From positions 1,488,001 through 1,552,000 of the forward strand of contig OX597830.1 in assembly GCA_951406725.2 (NCBI GenBank): a stretch of 64,000 bases of DNA. Direction: 5' to 3'. The notes beneath the pieces are model-generated. The model had not been told where the DNA came from and did not search any database. It saw nothing but the letters and a program-made list of their open reading frames with translations. Of the stretch, positions 41,458-52,394 are shown piece after piece (within the stretch, counting starts at the first letter, position 1; every line of letters begins with the position of its first letter). A program made the position numbers and the translations under genes. Source of the stretch: Octopus vulgaris. Taxonomy: Eukaryota.

Positions 41458-42134
41458 TATAGAAAACAAGAAACTTGTCACAAATGACAAGGGAATTTTT
41501 CAAAAATAACCTATACAGGTTAACAGTTCACACAAAAAACAAAGAAATTTTCTACCCCGAAGGGCGAAAATTACTGAGTCAAAAAACAACAGTTCAAAAA
41601 TTTTTCACGTGTAACACAAAACAAAAAGGCAAACGGAATCGAACTCACACAACGGCTTGCAGCAACAGAAAAATGTTTGACGTATTCCGAGGAAAAATTC
41701 AAAAGGCCTGCTAGCTGCAGATATCTGTCTCGACTTCGTGAATATATATATCTAATCTTCAGTGAAGTTTATTCACTGATCACCAAAATCAGAAATATTA
41801 AATTTCTAAATATCTCATAGAGATATGTACTGTGATGGGGCGATAGAATGGTTGGGGGTATTTGTCTCCCCTTCGTAAATATATAAGGACACAGAAAATG
41901 TGTCGAAGCCGACAGGAAGCGTCGATGCTTCCTAGGGCTAAACAGCGGTGGTGTAACCCGTTACTGTCACGTTAAATTGACAGTATACAACCAGTCTATT
42001 ATCCCACCACCGTACATATCTTTATGAGATATTTAAAAATTTAATATTTCTGATTTTGGTAATCAGTGAATAAACTTCACTGAAAATTAGATACATATAT
42101 TTACGAAGTCGAGACAGATATCTGCACCTAGCAG

Positions 42135-43807
42135 TTTTTTTGGTGTCGGTTATTTTGTGTTACGGTTATTGTGTATCGCGGTTGTGAGTTCGAATTCGTT
42201 GCTGGAGGACGTGGTGAATTTTATTTGGAGATTTTGAAAATGCAAGACCAGACGTATGCGAGAGCAGCAGGCAGAGGCCTGGTTGCGAGTGAACTAGAAA
42301 TGGAAGAAGTGGTAGTCGAGAAGAAGACTTTAGAAAAATATTTCGACAGTTTGAAGAGGGAGGGTGACTGCGTGAGAGTCACACCGTCCGAAGAAGAAGA
42401 AAACAACGCGGAGAAACGTATGATAACATACAGGACATGGTGTGTGGCGTCAAGAAAAATAGAAGTAGCAGAGACGGAAGAAATAGAGAAATGTCTGCAA
42501 GGAATTGAGGGTGAACCTACCTTTTTCAACAGAGGAAGAAAATATGCCACAGTGGTGGTACACTTTAAAAATGAAAATGAAGCAAGAAAGAATGCGACAA
42601 AAATTCTGAAATCTGAAAGTTGGACATTATTACCTAGTTACTGCGGAAAGAGGGCAGTCAGAATAAGAATTAGTAGGATTTCGCCCGAACTTAACATGGA
42701 GAGGATACTAGCGGCAGTAGTTTTCAACTGCAAGGAAAGTGTGGAGGTGTTGAAGGTGGAGAGTCAACAGAAGTTAAATGGTGGGGATATGCGGTGCAGG
42801 TTCTGGCACATATAACCGTGCCAGACCTGTACAACATCCTGGAGGCGTTGGTCTTCCTTGATGAGACACGGCTTAGAGTCGTGGTAGAGGGAAGACCCCC
42901 AGTCTGTTATAATTGCAAATTAAGAGGCCACATGAAGGATGTGTGCCCGCTGGAGAAAACGATAGCACCGGAGGCTGTAACGAAGGAGTGGAAAGATACG
43001 TGTGTGGAGGAGGGAGAAGTGCAGAAGGAAACGAAAGCAGTGGAGGCGCAAACGGAGGAGCAGCTAATTGAGGATGTGGAAGAAGAACGTGCAAGTGCAG
43101 AGGATGAAAGAACAGAAGATAGGAAGAGAACAAGGGTGGAATCACCACCGAAAGTTCTAAAAAATAAAAAAATAAAAAGCAAGATAACAGAAGAAAAAGA
43201 AGAGAGAACGTGCAAAGAAAAGGACGAACAGACAATGACAGAGGTAAATCTAGAATGGAGAAAAAAAGTGAGAGAACAGTTGGATGTTTGTAAAAAGGGA
43301 AAAAGACCTGTAGGAAAATACCTGAAAGTATACGTGTTGTACGTCAAAGACACAGAAATGGAAAAAAGACTTGCAGGTAGGAAAGGATTGATTAGGGTTA
43401 AATTACACCCAGAACTGCATGATGACGATGTGAAAGGGGTTGTTGTAGATAAAGGAAAATTTGCTAAATTGAAAGTATGTTTGATGAGGTTTATTTAGCG
43501 CATTATGTACGTTATGACAATTTGCCAAATGTGATAGACCAGATGGAATTAACAAAGTACATGACGGACGAACGTCCAACAGAACTGGAATATATGTAAT
43601 TGTAAAATTGTAACATTGTAAATTGTAAAATGTAAAATTGTATTTTAAACGGAACTGCGAGTTTGGGGGGCTCGTAAGCCGTTCCATCTCACTCATTACA
43701 CATAATTCATCTTCCTTTCATATTTTATTTTTTACTTTATGTACCCCACGTCCCGTCTTGTAATGTCCCCTCTGCATTCCGGCCATCGTGCCCATAATAA
43801 AGAGATA
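42135..43807 (+). mobile_element. ORF1-only non-autonomous retroelement, copy A
   Basis: Bounded by ATCTGCACCTAGCAG at 42120-42134 and 43808-43822. Ends ATAATAAAAGAGATA. No ORF2. Confidence 0.88.
42240..43599 (+). pseudogene. ORF1 / Gag-like zinc-knuckle protein (frameshift near 42770, premature stop at 43498)
   Basis: MQDQTYARAA..., YCGKRAVRIRISRISPE, VVVEGRPPVCYNCKLRGHMKDVCP, RKRTRVESPPK, LIRVKL. Homology to copy B continues to TDERP. Confidence 0.85.
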
Positions 43808-43822
43808 ATCTGCACCTAGCAG

Positions 43823-45444
43823 TTTTTTTGGTGTCGGTTATTTTGTGTTACGGTTATTGTGTATCGCGGTTGTGAGTTCGAATTCGTTGGTGGAAGCTGT
43901 TACGGCGTGGTGAATTGTTGGAGGTTTTTTTTTTTCGAGTATGCAAGCCCAAACTTATGCGGGAGCAGCAGGCAAGGGCCTGGCTTCGAGCGAACTGCAG
44001 TTGGAGAAAGTGGTCGTCGAAAAGGAGAGCCTGGAGGAATACTTCAACAGTTTCAAGAAGGAGGGTGACTGCCTGAGAGTCACACTACCAGAAGAAGAAG
44101 TGAAAGAAGCAGAGAGGCGTATAGTGACATATAGAACGTGGAACGTGGCTTCGAAGAAAATAGAAGTGGTAGAGGTGGAGGAAATTGAGAGGTGTTTGCA
44201 GGAGATTGAAGAAGAAGCTACCTTCTATAATAGAGGTAGAAAGTACACGACGGTGGTAGTTCATTTTGAGAACAAAACTGAAGCAAAGAGGAGCGCTACG
44301 AAACTATTGAAAAGTGAAAAATGGCTATTGTGGAAGACGGGCAGTGAGAATAAGAATCAGCAAAATTTCACCAGAGTTGAAAATGGAGCGAATTATAGCA
44401 GCAACAATATTTAACTGCAAGGAGAATGTGGAGATATTAGAGATAGAAAAGTCGAAGGAAGTAAAGTGGTGGGGTTATGCAGTGCAGGCTTTGGTACACA
44501 TAACCATGTCAGACATTTATAACATCCCAGAAGAGTTGGTGTTCCCCGACGAGACACGACTCAGAGTTGTGGTAGAGGGGAGACCCCCAGTGTGCTACAC
44601 ATGTAAGATTAGAGGCCACATGATGGATGTGTGTCCGAAAAAAAAAGTACAAGAGGAGATGATAACATTGGAGGCTCTGACAGAAGAATTGCAAATGGCG
44701 GATGTAGAAGAAGAAATTTTGAATACAGATAATGTGGAAAGTGGTGACGAGTTGGTGAAGGAGGAAGAAAAGGAAAGAACAGAAGGAAAAGAAGATAGAA
44801 AGAGAACGCGGGTGGAATCACCACCTAAAGTACAAATAAAGAAAAAAGGGAAAAAGAAAACTACCGACGAGATAGAGGATCGAACGTACGAAGAGAAGGA
44901 TGCAGAAGCGAAAGCGAGTGAACCGGCAAATTTAAAGGCAGGGGAAGAATGGGACAGAAGAGTGGAAGAGCAGTTAAAAGTATGTAAGGAAGGAGGAAGA
45001 CCCAAGGGAAAAAATTTCAAAGTGGTAATATTGTACATGAAGGACAAAGAAATCGAAAAGAAGCTAGAAAAGTTTAATCAGAGTAAAGTTAAACCCAAAA
45101 ATATTTGATGATCAAGTGAAGGCGGCGATTGTGGAAAAAGAGACAATGAGGAAATTGAAAAGTGTGTTTTCGGCTGTATGCGAAATGCAATATATCCGTT
45201 ACGACAGTTTGCCAGCTATTGTAGCCCAGGTGAGGTTACTCGATCACATTACAGATGAACGCCCAGTATAACAAAATTGTATTTTAAATGAAACTGCGAG
45301 CTTGGGGAACTCGTAAGACATTCCATTAACCCATTATAAATAATTCATTATCATACCATACTTTTCGATTTTTTTAATTATATTTACCACATGTCCTGTT
45401 TTGTAATGTCCCCTCTTAGTTCGGGCTATATAATAAAGATTTCC
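43823..45444 (+). mobile_element. ORF1-only non-autonomous retroelement, copy B
   Basis: Bounded by TCTGCACCTAGCAG (43809-43822) and TCTGCAGCTAGCAG (45445-45458). Ends TAATAAAGATTTCC, like the Tx1 LINE. Confidence 0.88.
43941..45271 (+). pseudogene. ORF1 / Gag-like zinc-knuckle protein (frameshifts near 44325 and 45070)
   Basis: MQAQTYAGAA..., VVVEGRPPVCYTCKIRGHMMDVCP, RKRTRVESPPK. The last frame reads LIRVKLNPKIFDD...ITDERPV*. Confidence 0.85.
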
Positions 45445-45448
45445 TCTG

Positions 45449-45530
45449 CAGCTAGCAGGCTTCTGCTACTCTAGACCGATGATGGGCAAAGACCCTGAAA
45501 CATGCGTGTCTCTAGATGCAGGCCTAGCTG
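45449..45530 (+). ncRNA. Minimal type I hammerhead ribozyme
   Basis: TCTAGA(45470-75)-CCGATGA-TGGGCAAAGACCCT-GAAAC-ATGCGT-GTC(45510)^TCTAGA. Quasi-palindromic stem III. Core identical to the copy at 36.25 kb. Confidence 0.8.
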
Positions 45531-45989
45531 TTGGGAGTATTTGTCTTCCCTTCATAAGGACACAGGAAATGTGTCGAAGCCGACAGGAAGCGTCGATGCT
45601 TCCTAGGGCTAAACAGCGGTGGTGTAATCCCCTACTGTCACGTTAAATTGACAGTATACAACCATTCTATTTAATAATATATTATTATTAATATTAGGAA
45701 ATCAATATTAAAACACATCATAAAGATGTACATGTATGAAAAATGATTGTTGTATTAAAAATAAATAAATAAATATAAATATATATAAAACTATATGTAA
45801 ATATGTATAAGTATAAATATATAATGTCTATGACAGTTTAAATGTTTTGAATTAATTATTTAAATCATCTTACGATCGCTTCGCAGGAGGATTTTGTTAA
45901 AGAAGTTTTGTTAAACGAACTTAAGACATAAAAACTTCTTGAGAATAGACGTTCCTTCCTTCATGCGAAGAAAATATCTCTTTTGCATC

Positions 45990-46302
45990 TTACTTTTTTG
46001 GTCACTTAAATATACTGCATTTTGTGGCATTATTTCAAGCCAGTCGGCTTTTTTGCGCAAACTGCACGAGCATTTTTCTCGTGTACGCGTAGAATCGATC
46101 GCAACGGTAGGAGTAGTTGCGCGTACAAATGCACGTTCCCACGGCTTTATTGATCGCATTCTCACCTGGAATCGATTTTTGTAATCTTTTCAAGACTTAT
46201 AAACGCCCTGATACCGTCGGTATCTACATAGCAAATTTGAACGCAATCGATGGAGGATGCCCGAGATCCTAGAAGACACACACAGAGACAGAGCGAACGG
46301 AT

Positions 46303-46305
<3 letters not shown>
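45990..46305. mobile_element. Probable Helentron/HINE-like non-autonomous element end
   Basis: Ends ...AAATTTGAACGCAATCG...CACACACAGAGACAGA...TTTTATATA, the same architecture as the terminus at 55.07-55.16 kb. Confidence 0.4.
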
Positions 46306-47778
<1,473 letters not shown>

Positions 47779-48565
47779 AGACGATGTAACCAAGGCTATA
47801 GATGAAATGAAAACAGACTCAGCTACTGGCCCCGATGGATTCCCGGCAATCCTCCTAAAAGCATGTAAGAGAGTCCTAGCAAGACCACTGCAGTTCCTCT
47901 TTCAGAGATTCCTTGCAGCTGGCAAACTTCCAGGAAAACTGAAGGAAGGTAAAATATGCCCCATTCATAAAGGAGGTAGCAGAGCGGAAGCCAAGAACTA
48001 TAGACCTATCTCTCTGACCTCACACATCAGCAAGGTCATGGAACGAATAGTCAGAAGGAAGCTGATCACCTTCCTTGAAGAGAATGACTTGCTGCCCGAC
48101 ACCCAACATGGTTTCCGACAAGGGAGAAGCTGCTTAACTCAGCTCCTACAACACTATGACTGGGTGCTGAAACGGCTGCTCAACCACTCAAATGTGGAAG
48201 TGATATATCTCGACTTTGCAAAGGCCTTTGATAAAGTCGATCATGGAATGATATGTCACAAACTGCGTGATCTCAACATAGTTGGAAAACTGGGAGAATG
48301 GCTTCATGACTTTCTGAAGGATAGAAATCAGGTGGTAGTAGCCAATGGGGCCACCTCCATTAACACACAAATAGTGAGCGGTGTTCCGCAGGGCACTGTC
48401 CTGGGACCACTACTGTTCATAATGGCCCTCTCAGACATGCCCTCAGCCACGCAGAGAGCCACGATCACAAGTTATGCAGACGATACAAAAGTTTCACAGG
48501 CAATACAGAACCCTGAGGACACTAAACACCTGCAATGTGAGCTGGACGAAATATACAAGTGGCTA
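47779..48565 (+). mobile_element. CR1-like LINE reverse transcriptase fragment (open frame 47807-48601)
   Basis: GPDG, NYRPISLTS, QHGFRQGRSCLTQLL, YLDFAKAFDKVDH, SGVPQGTVLGPLLF, YADD. Truncated at both ends. Confidence 0.88.
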
Positions 48566-49245
48566 AAAACCACAATGAACAATTTCATTTGGAATGGTTG
48601 ATCCTCTCAATTTCGATACCATATGACAAAGGCAAGAAATTCTGTCTTCTCTGCAATTCTGAGCTATTTTTCATTATTTTTTCTAAAAATACTCTAGTAA
48701 ACACGGTTATAGAACGAGCATACAGATGTAAGCATTGGCAAAAACATACTTTTAGTGCATATAAATAGTATCTATCATTATATATAGTTTAGACTTTAAT
48801 TTCCTTTATATTTAACATTCACTATTAATATCCCTACTCTTTCTGTTAGCTATTTATGACGTTATATCATATAACGTTTTTTTAAACAATATTAATAGCG
48901 TTCTGTCTATCGCTATACGAATCCATCATTTTTTGCTAAAATGTCGTATTGACAAGTTTCGTTTTTTCACTTTCCCGAAGAGAAGATTGCATTGTTTATA
49001 CCTTTTATTCTTTTGAATAAGTATCAGTGGAATTTTTGAAACATATGTAGAAAGAAAAAATACTTGTTTAAACCTGCGTTAACTCCATTTTTTATTCCTA
49101 TTATTCAAATATTCAACGTAAACACGAAGTTTCAACCTTTATAAACAAGGAGTTACAACATCTTTACTTGTGAGATTTTTGCTGCCCTGGTAACTATTCA
49201 TTCATTTATCCGTGTTAATTGTTAACAAGGTAAAATACACTCATC

Positions 49246-49250
<5 letters not shown>
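48565..49250 (+). mobile_element. Penelope-like element 3' fragment (endonuclease C-terminus plus hammerhead-bearing pLTR)
   Basis: W.IL...PY....FCLLCNSE...RCKH tail, homologous to the ORF at 50433. Hammerhead downstream. Ends in (TA)n. Confidence 0.7.
48963..49060 (+). ncRNA. Type I hammerhead ribozyme with long stem II
   Basis: CTTTC-CCGAAGA-[~56 nt, GAAGAT...ATTTTT]-GAAAC-ATAT-GTA^GAAAG. Confidence 0.7.
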
Positions 49251-49284
<34 letters not shown>

Positions 49285-49382
49285 CGGAGTAAACACATAA
49301 ATGTGAAACAAGGTGGAAAAAAGAGTACTCAAATACCAGTGGTAGAGTAATATGCTTTATTTTAAGCAGCAGAAAATTCAAC

Positions 49383-49430
49383 AAAATCTGTTACTCTGAG
49401 TTTCCCGTTGCCGTTCATCAGACAGTTTTT
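49383..49430 (-). ncRNA. Minimal type I hammerhead ribozyme (left palindrome arm)
   Basis: Reverse complement of 52012-52059. Confidence 0.75.
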
Positions 49431-50432
49431 GCTAGAATGGAACATGTATATTAATTCAATCTATACTCTTACAAACGCTACACCTTTAAAAGAAATGGAC
49501 TTGTTTGATTGGCCCTTTAGAAAAAACGGTCAATCTTCGAGCGATAAACAAAAAGGTCAAAAATATATGTATATATATATAAAAACTTATAAAAATTATA
49601 AAATCCGAGGAAAATACCGAGGAAAAAACCTGTTGCCGTTAATGAAGACAGTACAAATTAATGCATAGAAATTAAACCTGTTATAAATACTGCAATACAT
49701 ATTTATATTAAAATCCACATATATATATCAACATACACAAAAGGATGCGCGTAAACGCCATACATACATATACAGACGTATGAATATGAATCTAAATTAT
49801 ACACATAAAAGCATGTGTACATATATTCACGCAAACCGTCTCGCACGCAAGCTAAAATTCATCTATGTAGCAATTCTCATATACTGAGCAAGGAGGGGGA
49901 ACGAAAGAAAGGGAAAGAGAAAAAAGGAACGGAGGAGGGGTGGGGAAAAAACTTGTAGCGATGTTATTTGGCATCTATAGAGGCCAGTATACATACACAA
50001 GTTTGAATTGATACATATACATACCGTCGTGTATATGTGTGCTTAAGCACAAGCATACTTTCACTTACACATACACAGATACGCATGCTTACAAATACAT
50101 ATGCTTTGCTATACACAAACTTATATAAACATTCTAAATTTGACAACATTGCTTTTTTTATAAAAAAACATTGCTTTTAAAAAATGGGTGCATTAATAAA
50201 AATATATACGAAAGACCTATAAAATAAAATATAACATCCTATTTTGGGTCATTTATAAATAATCAAGGTAATATAAATAATCAAGGTAATCTTATGCAAT
50301 ACAATAACATGAAAACAAAGTTTGTAGGTTTTCCTAATATATATGTAGAAACAATAAGACTTTGCTATAGGTCCATTGTAGCGCTCAAGAGTCAAAATCA
50401 AAATCAAAAAATCAAAATACAAAATATATACT

Positions 50433-50741
50433 CTATCCATATGGTATATTTATATTCGACATTTTAAATTTAGCCTTGTGCCTACATAAGTTCATTAATT
50501 CACTTCTTTGATTCAAAGAATTATTGTCTTTGAATAATATGTGCATTTTTTCTAATAAGCAAAGCCTGCACTTGAAATTATATTTGTAAGCTCCATGCCT
50601 GTATGGTGCCGCCCTGTCCAGAATGCTCCATGTCACGTTGAAAGGTGGGGCTTCCTTTTCTTTTAGTTCCCAGACATATTTTGCTAGGCTGGTTTTCTTT
50701 CTATTCTCTGGGTATTTAAAAGAATTCTTATGAGAATAGAA
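50433..50741 (-). pseudogene. Penelope-like GIY-YIG endonuclease C-terminal fragment (mirror copy at 50732-51006 +)
   Basis: FYSHKNSF...TSLAKYVWELK...WSIL...CRLCLLEK...LNQRSELMNLCRH. Confidence 0.75.
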
Positions 50742-52011
50742 AGAAAACCAGCCTAGCAAAATATGTCTGGGAACTAAAAGAAAAGGAAGCCCCACCTTTC
50801 AACGTGACATGGAGCATTCTGGACAGGGCGGCACCATACAGGCATGGAGCTTACAAATATAATTTCAAGTGCAGGCTTTGCTTATTAGAAAAATGCACAT
50901 ATTATTCAAAGACAATAATTCTTTGAATCAAAGAAGTGAATTAATGAACTTATGTAGGCACAAGGCTAAATTTAAAATGTCGAATATAAATATACCATAT
51001 GGATAGAGTATATATTTTGTATTTTGATTTTTTGATTTTGATTTTGACTCTTGAGCGCTACAACGGACCTATAGCAAAGTCTTATTGTTTCTACATATAT
51101 ATTAGGAAAAACCTACAAACTTTGTTTTCATGTTATTGTATTGCATAAGATTACCTTGATTATTTATATTACCTTGATTATTTATAAATGACCCAAAATA
51201 GGATGTTATATTTTATTTTATAGGTCTTTCGTATATATTTTTATTAATGCACCCATTTTTTAAAAGCAATGTTTTTTTATAAAAAAAGCAATGTTGTCAA
51301 ATTTAGAATGTTTATATAAGTTTGTGTATAGCAAAGCATATGTATTTGTAAGCATGCGTATCTGTGTATGTGTAAGTGAAAGTATGCTTGTGCTTAAGCA
51401 CACATATACACGACGGTATGTATATGTATCAATTCAAACTTGTGTATGTATACTGGCCTCTATAGATGCCAAATAACATCGCTACAAGTTTTTTCCCCAC
51501 CCCTCCTCCGTTCCTTTTTCTCTCTTTCCCTTTCTTTCGTTCCCCCTCCTTGCTCAGTATATGAGAATTGCTACATAGATGAATTTTAGCTTGCGTGCGA
51601 GACGGTTTGCGTGAATATATGTACACATGCTTTTATGTGTATAATTTAGATTCATATTCATACGTCTGTATATGTATGTATGGCGTTTACGCGCATCCTT
51701 TTGTGTATGTTGATATATATATGTGGATTTTAATATAAATATGTATTGCAGTATTTATAACAGGTTTAATTTCTATGCATTAATTTGTACTGTCTTCATT
51801 AACGGCAACAGGTTTTTTCCTCGGTATTTTCCTCGGATTTTATAATTTTTATAAGTTTTTATATATATATACATATATTTTTGACCTTTTTGTTTATCGC
51901 TCGAAGATTGACCGTTTTTTCTAAAGGGCCAATCAAACAAGTCCATTTCTTTTTAAAGGTGTAGCGTTTGTAAGAGTATAGATTGAATTAATATATATGT
52001 TCCATTCTAGC

Positions 52012-52059
52012 AAAAACTGTCTGATGAACGGCAACGGGAAACTCAGAGTAACAGATTTT
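52012..52059 (+). ncRNA. Minimal type I hammerhead ribozyme (right palindrome arm)
   Basis: AAAACTGT-CTGATGA-ACGGCAACGG-GAAAC-TCAGA-GTA^ACAGATTTT. Confidence 0.75.
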
Positions 52060-52086
52060 GTTGAATTTTCTGCTGCTTAAAATAAA

Positions 52087-52122
<36 letters not shown>

Positions 52123-52125
<3 letters not shown>

Positions 52126-52340
52126 AGGCGCAATGGCCTAGTGGTTAGGGCAGCGGACTTGCGGTCGGAGGATCGCGGTTTCGATTCCCAGACCGGGCGT
52201 TGTGTGTGTTTATTGTGCGAAAACACCTAAAAGCTCCACGAGGCTCCGGCAGGGATGGTGGTGGTGATCCCTGCTGTACTCTTTCACCACTCTAAAGGCG
52301 GTGCTCCAGCATGGCCGCAGTCAAATGACTGAAACAAGTA

Positions 52341-52376
<36 letters not shown>
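52123..52376 (+). mobile_element. tRNA-derived SINE with poly(A) tail, inserted in (TA)n
   Basis: A-box TGGCCTAGTGG, B-box GGTTTCGATTCC, tail CAGCATGGCCGCAGTC..TGACTGAAACAAGTA, then a ~35-nt A run. Confidence 0.85.
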
Positions 52377-52391
<15 letters not shown>

Positions 52392-52394
52392 CAT

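Larger units (their letters stand above)
36317..41705 (-). mobile_element. Full-length Tx1/L1-clade LINE (~5.4 kb)
   Basis: 17-bp TSD GCCTGCTAGCTGCAGAT (36300-36316, 41706-41722). Carries ORF1 and ORF2 (APE-RT-Zn). The 3' end is TAATAAAGATTTC with no poly(A). Confidence 0.93.
36025..41854 (-). repeat. Hammerhead-containing ~355-bp repeat (retrozyme-like), left arm (~1.2 monomers), interrupted by the Tx1 LINE
   Basis: 36025-36316 plus 41706-41854 are the reverse complement of the right arm. AATCAGAAATATT recurs at 36025 and 41787, giving a 356-bp period once the insertion and one TSD are removed. Confidence 0.88.
41851..45670 (+). repeat. Hammerhead-containing ~355-bp repeat, right arm (~1.4 monomers), interrupted by two ORF1-only elements
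   Basis: Segments 41851-42134, 43808-43822 (TSD) and 45445-45670. GTTGGGRGTATTTGTC recurs at 41851 and 45530, giving a 355-bp period without the inserts. Confidence 0.88.
49281..52087. mobile_element. Penelope-like element forming a ~2.7-kb palindrome
   Basis: Inverted arms 49355-50708 and 50732-52087 are near identical, with a 23-nt spacer. Each arm has the endonuclease C-terminus, a ~1-kb UTR and a hammerhead. (TA)n on both flanks. Confidence 0.9.

Noticed and set aside
45600-45655. TAGGGC and CACGTTAAAT resemble pistol ribozyme motifs
   Set aside because: Spacing and the pseudoknot partner (GCCCUA downstream) do not fit. A simple CTGTCA/TGACAG hairpin explains it.
36025-45670. Interpreting the repeats around the Gag-like ORFs as LTRs or a CRISPR-like array
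   Set aside because: No TG..CA ends, PBS or PPT, and no regular spacers. The short direct repeats are TSDs in a host repeat and the RT is non-LTR (APE-RT).
45865-45975. Possible minus-strand hammerhead (GAAGCGATCGTA)
   Set aside because: GAAA is mutated and there is no clean CUGANGA or stem I. At best a decayed relic.
52123-52200. tRNA-like sequence with A and B boxes (also 55464-55530)
   Set aside because: No proper acceptor stem, and it continues into a SINE body and tail. It is a SINE head, not a tRNA gene.
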